The notes: generated by a model from the sequence alone, not told the origin. A stretch of DNA of 64,000 bases from Candidatus Kaiserbacteria bacterium (GCA_963699165.1 OY969413.1:468562-532561), one strand, 5' to 3'; shown: positions 10,389-19,583, counted from the stretch's first letter. A program made the numbers and translations.

Positions 10389-11167
10389 TGAGAGAAAACA
10401 AGAGTGCTCTTGCACGCGAGAGCGGTATTGCTCGCAGTACGCTGTACTACGAGCCGAAGCAGGCTCGGAGGGATTGGCACACAAAGCAACTCATCGAAGA
10501 AGCTCTGCGTAGCCATCCCGCCTATGGGCACAAACGGTTGGCACTCTACCTCAAAGTCAACAAAAAGCGCATTCTGCGTGTGATGAAATTGTTCGGTATC
10601 AAACCATATCGGAGGACCGCAAAGAAGCGATTTGTGCTAAAGACAAAAGACAGTATATTCCCGAACTTCTTGCTCCATCAAACTCCCGAGCAGGACGGTG
10701 ACATCTGGGCGAGTGACTTCACCTACCTCAAGTACCACGGGTACTGGGTATACGTCGCTACCATCCTTGACGTCTATTCCCGAGAGATTGTCGGTGTGTC
10801 AGTCCTCACCACCCACAGCACGCAACTCATCATGAATGCACTTCTCTCTGCGCTACATCACAAATCGCCACCTCGTGTCATCCATTCGGATCAAGGCAGC
10901 GAGTATGCCTCAAAGGATTATGCGATGCTCGTGGCAACGATCGGCATACAGCAATCTATGTCTCGTCCTGGATGTCCCTGGGAGAATGGCTACCAAGAGT
11001 CCTTCTACAAAGGGTTCAAGATTGACCTGGGTGATCCGAACCGATTCGACACGTTAGGTGAATTAGTGGCTGAGATCTACCTCACCATCCACTATCACAA
11101 TACCGCTCGCATTCACTCAGCACTGCGTATGGCGCCAAGAGAGTTTGTTGCTCTGAGCAGAGCATAG
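10385..11167 (+). CDS. IS3-family transposase OrfB (DDE integrase core)
   Basis: rve motifs WASDFTY, HSDQGSEY, and the family-typical C-terminus. Confidence 0.85.
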   Translation: MMRENKSALARESGIARSTLYYEPKQARRDWHTKQLIEEALRSHPAYGHKRLALYLKVNKKRILRVMKLFGIKPYRRTAKKRFVLKTKDSIFPNFLLHQTPEQDGDIWASDFTYLKYHGYWVYVATILDVYSREIVGVSVLTTHSTQLIMNALLSALHHKSPPRVIHSDQGSEYASKDYAMLVATIGIQQSMSRPGCPWENGYQESFYKGFKIDLGDPNRFDTLGELVAEIYLTIHYHNTARIHSALRMAPREFVALSRA

Positions 11168-11225
11168 TATCCTATACTTATAGAATGAGTGTACGAAGAA
11201 AGGGGTACCTTCCATCGGAGAGGTT

Positions 11226-11993
11226 GTGAAGGAAATTCTTTTACGTAGAATTGAAAATTTTCCAGAGATAGGCGCGGAGATACGAAATGCACCATTCCAT
11301 AGTGCGTTTCTAGAATGTTTTAATGACCGATTAGGTTCATTGAATATTGAGACTCCCTACCTCGTAGCTATCGCGAGCTGGCTTCATGGCCTCAACACTT
11401 CTCTCGGTACTGGATTTGAGAATATTTCACATATTCTATCTGGTGGATATAAACGGAAATTTACTGATGCTTACCACCTTACAGTAAAAAGAGGTCAAGC
11501 TAATCATGTTGAAGAAATTATTCGAGATTTGAAGGCGGGTGTACATACACCTAATCTAGAACGAGAAAACGGGCTTGTTTTAAATTTCGATGCAAACGAT
11601 GGAGAAATAGATTCTTTACCATTTACTGTGGACACTTATATTGAGAGAGGAAATGAAATCATTGCCATTGAACTGAAATCGGTTAGACCTAACTCGGGCG
11701 AAGGTCGTGGAGAGAAGCAGAAGATACTTTATGGCAAGGCGGCTTTGAAGTTACAGAATCCAGATAAAGATATTCGCTTCTTAGTAGGATTTCCTTTTGA
11801 CCCCACATCTCCAACCCCTATTGGTTATGACAAAGCAAGATTCTTTGATTACTTGATTGAATTCAAAAAATTCTTCGCTGAGGACGAAGTGCTTATTGCC
11901 TCAGAATTTTGGGATTTCTTGAGTGGTAGCGAAAATACTATGGAGGAGATTCTTGATGTTATTGCAGAAACTGTCGCTCAGGTTAGAGGTTAG
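11226..11993 (+). CDS. hypothetical protein, possible PD-(D/E)xK nuclease (restriction-endonuclease-like), AT-rich
   Basis: Candidate catalytic core FTVDTYIERGNEIIAIELKS; GTG start; low GC suggests foreign origin; no methyltransferase adjacent. Confidence 0.4.
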   Translation: MKEILLRRIENFPEIGAEIRNAPFHSAFLECFNDRLGSLNIETPYLVAIASWLHGLNTSLGTGFENISHILSGGYKRKFTDAYHLTVKRGQANHVEEIIRDLKAGVHTPNLERENGLVLNFDANDGEIDSLPFTVDTYIERGNEIIAIELKSVRPNSGEGRGEKQKILYGKAALKLQNPDKDIRFLVGFPFDPTSPTPIGYDKARFFDYLIEFKKFFAEDEVLIASEFWDFLSGSENTMEEILDVIAETVAQVRG

Positions 11994-12124
11994 TGTCGTC
12001 ATTGACAGATTCAGAAAACAATCCCGAACGCAAAAAATGTAACCTTTTCAGGATTGATTGTTGTCATAATTTTATCTTTTATTTATTGCAAATGTACCAT
12101 GTCTAATAATTTTGGGCCAACCCG

Positions 12125-12733
12125 CTAAAAAGATCCGGTTTGAATATCTCCCGCGCGCTCATAGTTAGCGATGATGACCCCTTTGGGTGAGACCTTGCTG
12201 TCTCTAAGTTTAAGGGCAGCCGGAATTGTACCTTCAGCGAAGAGGCGCTTGCCGGTGCCAAGCATGATTGGGAATATCTTAAGCCACAATTCATCAATCA
12301 AGTCATGTTTCAGAAGTGTTTGGATGAAATTACCGCTCCCGTGAACTTGGAGTTCCGGCCCGTCCTCTTCTTTGAGTTTTTTGATCGCTTTTGGGATGTC
12401 GCCGTTCAGTACCACCGTCTTTTCCCATGAGGGACTGAACGGCGCATCAGAAGCAACATACTTTGTCGCTTTATTAATTCCATTTCCAATAACGTTGCCT
12501 GCTTCATTATGGTCCGGCCAGTAGCTAGCGAAGATGTCGTAAGTCTTTTTTCCAAGGAGAAGGTCGAACGGGTGACCCATTTGTTCAAACATGACCTTGC
12601 CCCCAAACTCATCCATATACGGGACGGTCCAGCCGCCGTATTTGAAACCGCCTGACGTGTCTTCTTCCGGGCCCCCGGGCGCCTGCATCACGCCATCGAG
12701 TGTGATAAAAGATAGAACAATGAGTTTTCTCAT
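12125..12733 (-). CDS. dihydrofolate reductase family protein (RibD C-terminal-like)
   Basis: N-terminus MRKLIVLSFITLDGVMQAPGGPEED and overall ~200-aa pattern of the bacterial DHFR-like family. Confidence 0.6.
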   Translation of the reverse strand: MRKLIVLSFITLDGVMQAPGGPEEDTSGGFKYGGWTVPYMDEFGGKVMFEQMGHPFDLLLGKKTYDIFASYWPDHNEAGNVIGNGINKATKYVASDAPFSPSWEKTVVLNGDIPKAIKKLKEEDGPELQVHGSGNFIQTLLKHDLIDELWLKIFPIMLGTGKRLFAEGTIPAALKLRDSKVSPKGVIIANYERAGDIQTGSF

Positions 12734-12756
12734 AGGGTTATTTTACACCACCGAGT

Positions 12757-12930
12757 AAAAATACCCGAAAGTTCGGTGTCCCTTCGCCCTATCTAGCTTT
12801 TCTAAAATCGTGCTGCGTAATAATGGCTACAAACAAGGCTCTCGGGTCTGTCCGATACAAAAGTCTTCGGGCGGTGGCATGGGGATCCGAACTGTCAGCA
12901 TAGTACCGATAAAAAGTACTGAGACATGGC
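12757..12930. repeat. direct-repeat copy 1 (about 90% identical to 23128-23300), ending with att-like core CATAGTACCGATAAAAAGTACT
   Basis: Direct alignment of the two regions; contains AGTAC-N9-GTACT inverted half-sites at 12902-12920. Confidence 0.7.
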
Positions 12931-13082
12931 TTAAAATATAAGTTTCCCTATAATCGAATATTCTAGAACTTTGGTTCGAATCCCCGACAGTTTTTTCCAA
13001 TGGGTAGTTTCATTCTCACAACAGAGTGATATGACAAACTCTCCCATCGTGGGAGAGTTTGTCCGTAGAGCTCAAAGAGAGA

Positions 13083-13856
13083 CTAGTTCGTCGTCGTGCT
13101 TTTCGGGGTGCCGAGGGACTTCAGTCCTTGGAGGATTGTTGTTATGTCAGCGCGAGCAGCCTTGAGATCGGAACTTGCGGTCTGGATATCGGCCTTCGCT
13201 GCAACGAGTGCTGCCTTGTTCGAGGCTGCAGTCGTCGTATTACCCTGGTCAGGAACGAGGCCGGATACGCCGCTCTGAGCTGATGCAGATTGCGTGTTTG
13301 CATCGGCGATCTTCGAATTCATATCGGTAAGGGCCGCAGTAAGCGCAGTCACATTGTCTCCTGCGGTTTGATCCGTAGTTATGCGTGCCTGTATCTTCGT
13401 ACCAAGTGTAGTCATGAGACCGGTAATGGTCGTAACACGATCAGCCGAAGCCAAGATCCATCCCTGCGGGATGACAAGTGCATAGATTCGGAATGTCGTG
13501 AATATTGTCGCCGCGTCGGTGCGAGCCGTGGCTGGTGTCGTGTCTGCATCGATCTTGGACTGCAATGCGGTCAATCCAGTTATATTAGTTTGGACTTGAG
13601 TCGAGATACTCGCCTTTTCCGTCGCCGATTCATTCGTCATTGCCTGGACACGAGTATTCAGCGCATTGAGCGACGTGATCCGCTGCGCGATATCGGAATT
13701 CGCCTTGGTAATGATCGCAGCGAGCCTTGTGGCGGAATTTGCGCCAGAGCCGGACGATGACGTCGCTGTTTGGGCATACGCCGGTGCTACGCTCAATAGC
13801 ATAGCTACGACAGCTGCTGCGCTGACAATCGAAACACCTATCTTTCTACTGTTCAT
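13083..13856 (-). CDS. secreted low-complexity T/S/A-rich protein with signal peptide
   Basis: MNSRKIGVSIVSAAAVVAMLLSVAPAYAQ signal peptide, then low-complexity sequence. Confidence 0.55.
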   Translation of the reverse strand: MNSRKIGVSIVSAAAVVAMLLSVAPAYAQTATSSSGSGANSATRLAAIITKANSDIAQRITSLNALNTRVQAMTNESATEKASISTQVQTNITGLTALQSKIDADTTPATARTDAATIFTTFRIYALVIPQGWILASADRVTTITGLMTTLGTKIQARITTDQTAGDNVTALTAALTDMNSKIADANTQSASAQSGVSGLVPDQGNTTTAASNKAALVAAKADIQTASSDLKAARADITTILQGLKSLGTPKSTTTN

Positions 13857-13952
13857 ATGTATGGTAATGCTAATATGATTCGTGATAATAATTGACCCTC
13901 TACATTCTTTAACGAATGAACTCCGAAAGTGTGACACGAACTACTTTGTTCC

Positions 13953-14339
13953 CTACTGACTGTTTAGACCCGCATTCGTGCTCGCGGAGTCCGAATTAAG
14001 CCCCCCCAATTGCGCATCGATACTTTGTGCATCTTGTTGCAAGGAAGCATCAGATGCTGAAGCAGCTGTCACCGGAGCCGATCCGGAGTTTCCAGTTGGA
14101 CCTGCCGGATTGCTCGGCGCAGCACCTTGCGATGTGGCCGCCGGAGATCCAGTAGTGTCACTCGGACTCAGTGTTCCAGACGGAGTCACACCGGGACTTT
14201 GCTCTGCCGAAGGACCTGAACCGGTCGGTGTGGCATTCGATACAGTCGAAGAACTATTCATGCCCATATACCACCAAATGCCGGCGCCTATAATCACGAT
14301 TAATACCAAAGCGATGATCCACTTTACTGTGCTTGTCAT
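13953..14339 (-). CDS. membrane-anchored low-complexity S/T/P/G-rich protein
   Basis: Single N-terminal TM WIIALVLIVIIGAGIWWYM, then low-complexity sequence. Confidence 0.5.
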   Translation of the reverse strand: MTSTVKWIIALVLIVIIGAGIWWYMGMNSSSTVSNATPTGSGPSAEQSPGVTPSGTLSPSDTTGSPAATSQGAAPSNPAGPTGNSGSAPVTAASASDASLQQDAQSIDAQLGGLNSDSASTNAGLNSQ

Positions 14340-14430
14340 ATGTATTTCACGATACGTTAAGTTTTTAAAAGATTCCCGATTTGCAACCCCATCCTAGAAT
14401 TATACATTGAAACTTTCAGCGAATGGGCGT

Positions 14431-14937
14431 TCATTGCGTTTCTGACGTCGCCTGCTGTACCGCTTGGTCAGCCTGGGTTTCGTCCGAATCAAGGTCTCCG
14501 ATCTGGGTATCGATCATCTGTGCATCCAGGTTCAATGAAGAATCCGATTCATCATTCGCGAGGGCGACGTGCGCATTCGAAACAGCGCCATGCGGTATAA
14601 TCAGGATACCGCCTCCCAAAACCGAGCCGCTTCCGAGAAGTACGAGTGCCAAGATGGCAAGTGACACGCTTATCTTCGAGCGCAAGAAGGATGATCGTCC
14701 CATAGTGCTCGGAATCGGAGTCGATATCGTCGCGAGGGTGGATCGCAGAAGCTCTGGAGAAGGCTGCACCGCCTGAGCGGACTCGAACGATTTGATTGAT
14801 TCGAAAAATTCTCGCAACTCAGTAACATGCGTCGGGTGCAAGTCGATGATTTCCTGTTCAGGGACGCCTGCATCGAGCATGCGTAATGCGACTTCGAAAA
14901 TATCTTCTTTTGTGTTTATGTAGTGTTCTTTTTTCAT
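14431..14937 (-). CDS. putative anti-sigma factor (single TM, cytoplasmic N-domain)
   Basis: Overlaps the ECF sigma stop (ATGA); one central TM segment; acidic extracytoplasmic tail. Confidence 0.55.
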   Translation of the reverse strand: MKKEHYINTKEDIFEVALRMLDAGVPEQEIIDLHPTHVTELREFFESIKSFESAQAVQPSPELLRSTLATISTPIPSTMGRSSFLRSKISVSLAILALVLLGSGSVLGGGILIIPHGAVSNAHVALANDESDSSLNLDAQMIDTQIGDLDSDETQADQAVQQATSETQ

Positions 14938-15503
14938 ATGGTACTTGATACAGACTCCTCTTTCATCATACTCCTGAGTATGCGCAGACCCCGAGATTGC
15001 AACTGCCGAACGGCGACCTCACTCTTCCCCAGTATGGTTGCAATTTCAGAGGACGAAAGCCCATCAATGAACCGCAGCACGAGTGCATCCTGCTGATCCT
15101 GTGGGAGCTTGGCAATCTTCTGCCTGAGCGACCTACCATCATCCTTCATTGCAGCCATGGCCTCGGCGTTCTCAGAATCATCCGGTATACCCTCGAAGAA
15201 TTCATCGTCTGCGCGCACCGTCTTTTTCTTACGATAATGATCGATGATGCAGTTGCGAGCGACCGTATAAAAGAACGCGAGCGGAGATTTCCCTGATGAG
15301 ACATACCTTGGAAATGACTCATACGCCTTGAGGAACGATTCCTGTGTCAGATCCGCAGCATCGGACTCATCGGAGACACGGAAGTATATATAGCGATACG
15401 GCGGCGTGAAATATGCCTCATACAGCACTGTAAAAGCCTCGGATTCACCGAGTCGCGCGCGACGAATCAGGTCCTCGACATTTTCCGGGTCGATTTTCTT
15501 CAT
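14934..15503 (-). CDS. RNA polymerase ECF-type sigma-70 family factor
   Basis: Region 2 (YRYIYFRVSDESDAADLTQESFLKAY) and region 4 (LSSSEIATILGKSEVAVRQLQSRGLRILR) signatures. Confidence 0.85.
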   Translation of the reverse strand: MKKIDPENVEDLIRRARLGESEAFTVLYEAYFTPPYRYIYFRVSDESDAADLTQESFLKAYESFPRYVSSGKSPLAFFYTVARNCIIDHYRKKKTVRADDEFFEGIPDDSENAEAMAAMKDDGRSLRQKIAKLPQDQQDALVLRFIDGLSSSEIATILGKSEVAVRQLQSRGLRILRSMMKEESVSSTI

Positions 15504-15685
15504 GGTCTATGAGTATAACGGAATACCGGGAATTTTGTGACAATCGCGATTAATAGCACATTTGAGAGCACCCTTACGATGTCTGATGTCCATAAAAGCG
15601 CTACAAACTCAAATGGCTCAAATCCCTGAGCGGTCTCTAGATTTTCCCGAGAAGCGTGATATAACCGGTGCTTAAAATATGGCTC

Positions 15686-15709
15686 GGCATAGCACCGATA
15701 AAAACTACT
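15686..15709. other. att-like core site copy 2 (CATAGCACCGATAAAAACTACT), immediately outside inverted repeat IR-A
   Basis: Alignment with 12895-12920 and 23334-23357; flanking TAAAATAT box is shared with the copy at 23312. Confidence 0.5.
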
Positions 15710-15711
15710 AC

Positions 15712-15912
15712 GGGCGGTGTGTATTGAACGAAGTTCGAATGTATTTTGAATTGAATCCTGATGACCAATGATGCGCGCCTCGGACACGCTCGCGGACTCG
15801 CGTGTGCAAAAACCAAAAAATTTCCTTACATTTTTCCCGCGCCTCCTCCCCCCACCCCTCCGCCGCGAAGCGGAAAAAGAAATGGAAAGGAAATTTTTGG
15901 TTTTGCTTCGCC
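15712..15912. repeat. IR-A: 201-bp perfect inverted repeat (partner 17592-17792)
   Basis: Reverse complement of 17592-17792 is identical base for base; contains a polypyrimidine tract CCTCCTCCCCCCACCCCTCC. Confidence 0.9.
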
Positions 15913-16122
15913 GTTTCAGTCTCCGAAAAGAGCAATCTTATTTTAACATTTTTGTTTGCTCTTTTCTCCACCCTCACGGCGACCGAGGCGCTTCCTCTCC
16001 GCGTTTAGTGGTAGCTCTAGGGTTCGTGGCTTCGTTCGCTGGTCGTGGTAACTCATAAAGCGGATTGTGCATGGCACAAACAAATCTGTTTGTGCTTGCC
16101 CCGCCCGCCCTGTGCGCGCACA

Positions 16123-16163
16123 AATCCCCGCCGTTTTTAGGAGATATTATAAAACGGCGGGGA
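16123..16163. terminator. bidirectional stem-loop downstream of the Fic gene
   Basis: ATCCCCGCCGTTTT-N13-AAAACGGCGGGGAT perfect 14-bp stem. Confidence 0.5.
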
Positions 16164-16171
16164 TTGCTCCC

Positions 16172-17275
16172 TTACTTGCGAAAAACACTTTTGATAGCAA
16201 CATCTTCTCCTTCCTTAGTTTTCATTTTGTGATTTTCTGGATTCGCAAAAATATCAATCATGCTTTCAATAAACTTCGTTTTTACTTCTTTGTGAATTTC
16301 AATCAATCGGCGGGCGTCGTCTTCGGTAAGATTAGGCATAAGTTCTTCGGCATCAATCCCAGCAATTTTTTTGCCAACATCTTCGGGCACGACGCCCCGC
16401 CTTTCATCAAGTGGTTGTTTTACCTGATATTGATATTTTTGCAAATCAGTTTTTTCACTAAGAAATTTTGAAAGCACAATACCTCTAAAAGAAAAATTAT
16501 TTACATCGCCTTCGCCGAGGACTTTCTCGGCTAAAGTTGCTTCTTCGGGCGATAATTTTCCTTTTACGGCTTCCGACAAAAAACCAACACCAGAAGCGGA
16601 GGCAACATATATACTTCCATTTTCTTGAAGAAAATTATCGCCTAAAATTTCTTTGGCGACTTCACGATTTATGTAATAGTACGCACTATTAGCGTCCAAG
16701 ACTTTCTCCGCGAAAACATCTCGTCCTTTTCCAGTTCCACCATGACCCTCTTTGTCGTGATCTAAAAGTTCAGAAAGTTTTTCCTCTGTAAGTTCCTTGC
16801 CGTCCTCGGAAATTATTTCGTGAAGTAATCTTCCTGTTCTTCCGTTTCCGTCAGAATATGGATGTATGGCTTGAAGTGCGTAGTAAGTTAAAAGCGCGCG
16901 GTCTTCGTTATCTGGTATTTGTTTGAGTGCATCAAAACTTTCTCTCATCAAGCCGTCTTTCTGCTCGGCCGCTGGTGGGAGATATGAAATATCTCCCATA
17001 ATGCCAAAAGAAACTTCAACACCACTTCCGTCTACCGCACGCTTCTTTATCGGTACTTCGCGCAAGATTCCATTTAAACGAGTGAGATAATTTGTATAGT
17101 CTTCGTAAGAAAGTTTTTGAAGCCACTCATCAAACTGCTCGTCAGATTTTCTAACATCCAAAAATTTTGTGCGGTCCAAAAACTCAAAAACTTTCTTACC
17201 AGTTTCAAGTTTTTCCTCCACGGGTTCTTGTTTTTCTTGACGAGGAGTAGGTTGTGGGAATGATTCCATGCTCAT
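16172..17275 (-). CDS. Fic-family protein (AMPylation-type FIDO domain)
   Basis: Fic motif HPYSDGNGRTGRLL. Confidence 0.85.
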   Translation of the reverse strand: MSMESFPQPTPRQEKQEPVEEKLETGKKVFEFLDRTKFLDVRKSDEQFDEWLQKLSYEDYTNYLTRLNGILREVPIKKRAVDGSGVEVSFGIMGDISYLPPAAEQKDGLMRESFDALKQIPDNEDRALLTYYALQAIHPYSDGNGRTGRLLHEIISEDGKELTEEKLSELLDHDKEGHGGTGKGRDVFAEKVLDANSAYYYINREVAKEILGDNFLQENGSIYVASASGVGFLSEAVKGKLSPEEATLAEKVLGEGDVNNFSFRGIVLSKFLSEKTDLQKYQYQVKQPLDERRGVVPEDVGKKIAGIDAEELMPNLTEDDARRLIEIHKEVKTKFIESMIDIFANPENHKMKTKEGEDVAIKSVFRK

Positions 17276-17300
17276 AAATGTATTTTATCAGTTTTAATAA

Positions 17301-17513
17301 TTATTTCAAAAGTTCATCGCTCGCAACTCCTAACGCTTGAGCGATTTTTTCAATAGTAGAAAGTGTCGGGTTGCCCTTGCCAGCCTCGATATTACTCATT
17401 TGAGCGCGATCAAATCCGAGAGCACGACAAATGTCGCCTTGCGACATTTTCTTCCGCTCCCGTATGCGTTTGATGTTTTTTCCAAGCTTTATTGACGAAG
17501 TTTTCATATTCAC
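17301..17513 (-). CDS. XRE-family HTH transcriptional regulator (Cro/C1 type)
   Basis: 70 aa; LGKNIKRIRERKKMSQGDICRALGFDRAQMSNIEAGKGNPTLSTIEKIAQAL. Confidence 0.8.
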   Translation of the reverse strand: MNMKTSSIKLGKNIKRIRERKKMSQGDICRALGFDRAQMSNIEAGKGNPTLSTIEKIAQALGVASDELLK

Positions 17514-17591
17514 AGCTTGTATTCTAGCAGTTTGTTGTGTCCTATATCAATAATGTGATATATTACAATAGATGATGAATGATTTTATAAC

Positions 17592-17792
17592 GGCGAAGCA
17601 AAACCAAAAATTTCCTTTCCATTTCTTTTTCCGCTTCGCGGCGGAGGGGTGGGGGGAGGAGGCGCGGGAAAAATGTAAGGAAATTTTTTGGTTTTTGCAC
17701 ACGCGAGTCCGCGAGCGTGTCCGAGGCGCGCATCATTGGTCATCAGGATTCAATTCAAAATACATTCGAACTTCGTTCAATACACACCGCCA
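17592..17792. repeat. IR-A': inverted partner of 15712-15912
   Basis: Perfect reverse-complement identity. Confidence 0.9.
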
Positions 17793-17910
17793 AAATTCGG
17801 AATCAGAAGAAACGGACAAAGCGGGGTCGCGCCGAAGGCGCGACACTAATGCATTCCCCCCGCCGAATCCAGAATCCAAAAGGGTTTTCCACGCTCCGCG
17901 TGGCTCGTCG
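17793..17910. repeat. IR-B: 118-bp perfect inverted repeat (partner 19341-19458), directly abutting IR-A'
   Basis: Reverse complement identical to 19341-19458. Confidence 0.9.
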
Positions 17911-17927
17911 TTTGCCAATACAATTCT

Positions 17928-19583
17928 ATGAATAATCAAACCAAAAAGTTTTTCATATATACTCGCAAGTCTACGGACGACAAAGACAGACAAGTCCGCA
18001 GTATTTCTGACCAACTTTCAGAGTTAAAGGAGTTAGCGTTGAAAGAACAACTGGAAGTGGTAGATGTCTTTGTCGAAAAGCAGACCGCCAAAATACCAGG
18101 TCGCCCTGTGTTTAATGAAATGATAGAGCGTATGGAAAAAGGCGAAGCGTCTGGTATTTTGGCGTGGCATCCCGATAGACTTGCGAGAAACTCGGTAGAT
18201 GGAGGAAAAATCATCTACCTCGTTGATACTGGCGTAATCGTAGAGATGAAATTTCCAACTTTTTGGTTTGATCCGACACCGCAAGGGAAATTCATGCTCT
18301 CAATCGCTTTTTCGCAATCCAAGTATTATGTGGATAATTTAAGCGAGAACATTAAGCGCGGACATAGAAACAAAGTGAAGGAAGGAATATGGCCTCAAAT
18401 GTCTCCGATTGGATATGTGAACGAGAAAGGAAAAGGTATCGTGCCACATCCCGAGCTTGCTCCACTTGTCCGTAAGACATTTGAGGCATATTCAACTGGA
18501 AACTTCACTTTGCGGGAAGTCCGCGACAAATTTAATGGTCTTGGATTGAAGCGAAAAAGCGGTAGAGAGCTTGCGGTGTCGAATTATCAAAAACTTCTCA
18601 AAAATCCTATTTACACTGGTCTAATGAGGTATAACGGAGAGATTTTTGAGGGCAAGCACGAACCGATTATTTCAAAGAAACTTTTTGATACAGTACAAGA
18701 AGTGATGAGCCGAAAATCTAAACCGCATAGCAAAGGCTTGAAGCCATATATCTATCGCGGATTTTTCCGTTGTGGAGAGTGTGGTTGTTTCATTACCACC
18801 GAGCAACAAAAAGGTCATAACTATCTCCGCTGTACCAAACGGAAAAATCCTTGCTCACAGAAATATGTTCGCGAGGAGCTCATCACTTCTCAAATTCAAG
18901 AAGAAATCAAAAAAGTTTCTTTGCCTCTCGATTGGACGGAATGGATGATTGCCGAAAATGCAAAAGATCGGCAATCGGAAGTCCAGTCGAGTGAGATTTT
19001 TTCTCAAAAAATTCAAAATGAAATTTCTCTTTTGGATTCAAAAATAGAGAAGCTGATGAGTGCCTACCTCGAAAGTGCGTTGTCACTTGAAGAATATCGC
19101 GAAGCTAAAAACAAGTTGGTTAACCAAAATCAGCTTCTCAAAGAGAAATTAATAGCTTTTGAGAAAAAATCTCATAATCGGTTCGAACTTACCGAAAAGT
19201 TTTTGAAATACAATATGGAATTGGCAAACGACCGAACAAATGAGGAAAATACTCATTTGTTCAAAAAAGTCGGTTCGAACTTTCAAATTAAGGATCGAAC
19301 CGTACTTTTTGAGCCACGCGGAGCGTGGAAAACCCTTTTGGATTCTGGATTCGGCGGGGGGAATGCATTAGTGTCGCGCCTTCGGCGCGACCCCGCTTTG
19401 TCCGTTTCTTCTGATTCCGAATTTTGGCGGAGGCGAAGAGATACGAACCCGACGGGTCGCACCTTCGCCCTATGGCTTACATCCTCAGTATTTTATTTCT
19501 GCTGCTCGGTTCGAATCTCGGCGGGGGTTCCATGTCATGCCTCATGGTTAGGTGATAAGAGCTACTCGGGACGGTGGACGTAA
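17928..19583 (+). CDS. large serine recombinase (resolvase domain, recombinase domain, zinc ribbon)
   Basis: N-terminus YTRKSTDDKDRQVRSISDQ (catalytic Ser region), CGECGCF zinc ribbon, C-terminal coiled-coil; the frame continues into IR-B', so the true stop may be earlier. Confidence 0.85.
   Translation: MNNQTKKFFIYTRKSTDDKDRQVRSISDQLSELKELALKEQLEVVDVFVEKQTAKIPGRPVFNEMIERMEKGEASGILAWHPDRLARNSVDGGKIIYLVDTGVIVEMKFPTFWFDPTPQGKFMLSIAFSQSKYYVDNLSENIKRGHRNKVKEGIWPQMSPIGYVNEKGKGIVPHPELAPLVRKTFEAYSTGNFTLREVRDKFNGLGLKRKSGRELAVSNYQKLLKNPIYTGLMRYNGEIFEGKHEPIISKKLFDTVQEVMSRKSKPHSKGLKPYIYRGFFRCGECGCFITTEQQKGHNYLRCTKRKNPCSQKYVREELITSQIQEEIKKVSLPLDWTEWMIAENAKDRQSEVQSSEIFSQKIQNEISLLDSKIEKLMSAYLESALSLEEYREAKNKLVNQNQLLKEKLIAFEKKSHNRFELTEKFLKYNMELANDRTNEENTHLFKKVGSNFQIKDRTVLFEPRGAWKTLLDSGFGGGNALVSRLRRDPALSVSSDSEFWRRRRDTNPTGRTFALWLTSSVFYFCCSVRISAGVPCHASWLGDKSYSGRWT
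19341..19458. repeat. IR-B': inverted partner of 17793-17910, overlapping the 3' end of the recombinase ORF
   Basis: Perfect reverse-complement identity. Confidence 0.9.

Larger units (their letters stand above)
10065..11214 (+). mobile_element. IS3-family insertion sequence
   Basis: IRL TGCAAGGTACCCCAAACGTCGGACACTCATTCTA; IRR reverse complement TGGAAGGTACCCCTTTCTTCGTACACTCATTCTA at 11181-11214; orfA/orfB with ATGA overlap. Confidence 0.8.

Noticed and set aside
12740-12790. Hairpin GGGTTATTTTAC...GTAAAAATACCC upstream of the DHFR-family gene as a possible tRNA fragment
   Set aside because: It does not fold as a tRNA arm set; more likely a simple hairpin or promoter-proximal structure.
15708-15977. 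89-aa ORF inside IR-A (and its mirror, 17572-17931)
   Set aside because: It lies within the perfect inverted repeats and contains a polypyrimidine tract. It appears in both copies only because the DNA is repeated, and has no coding signal.
16067-16471. 134-aa ORF on the plus strand
   Set aside because: Overlaps the 3' end of the Fic gene on the opposite strand; AT-rich low-complexity sequence.
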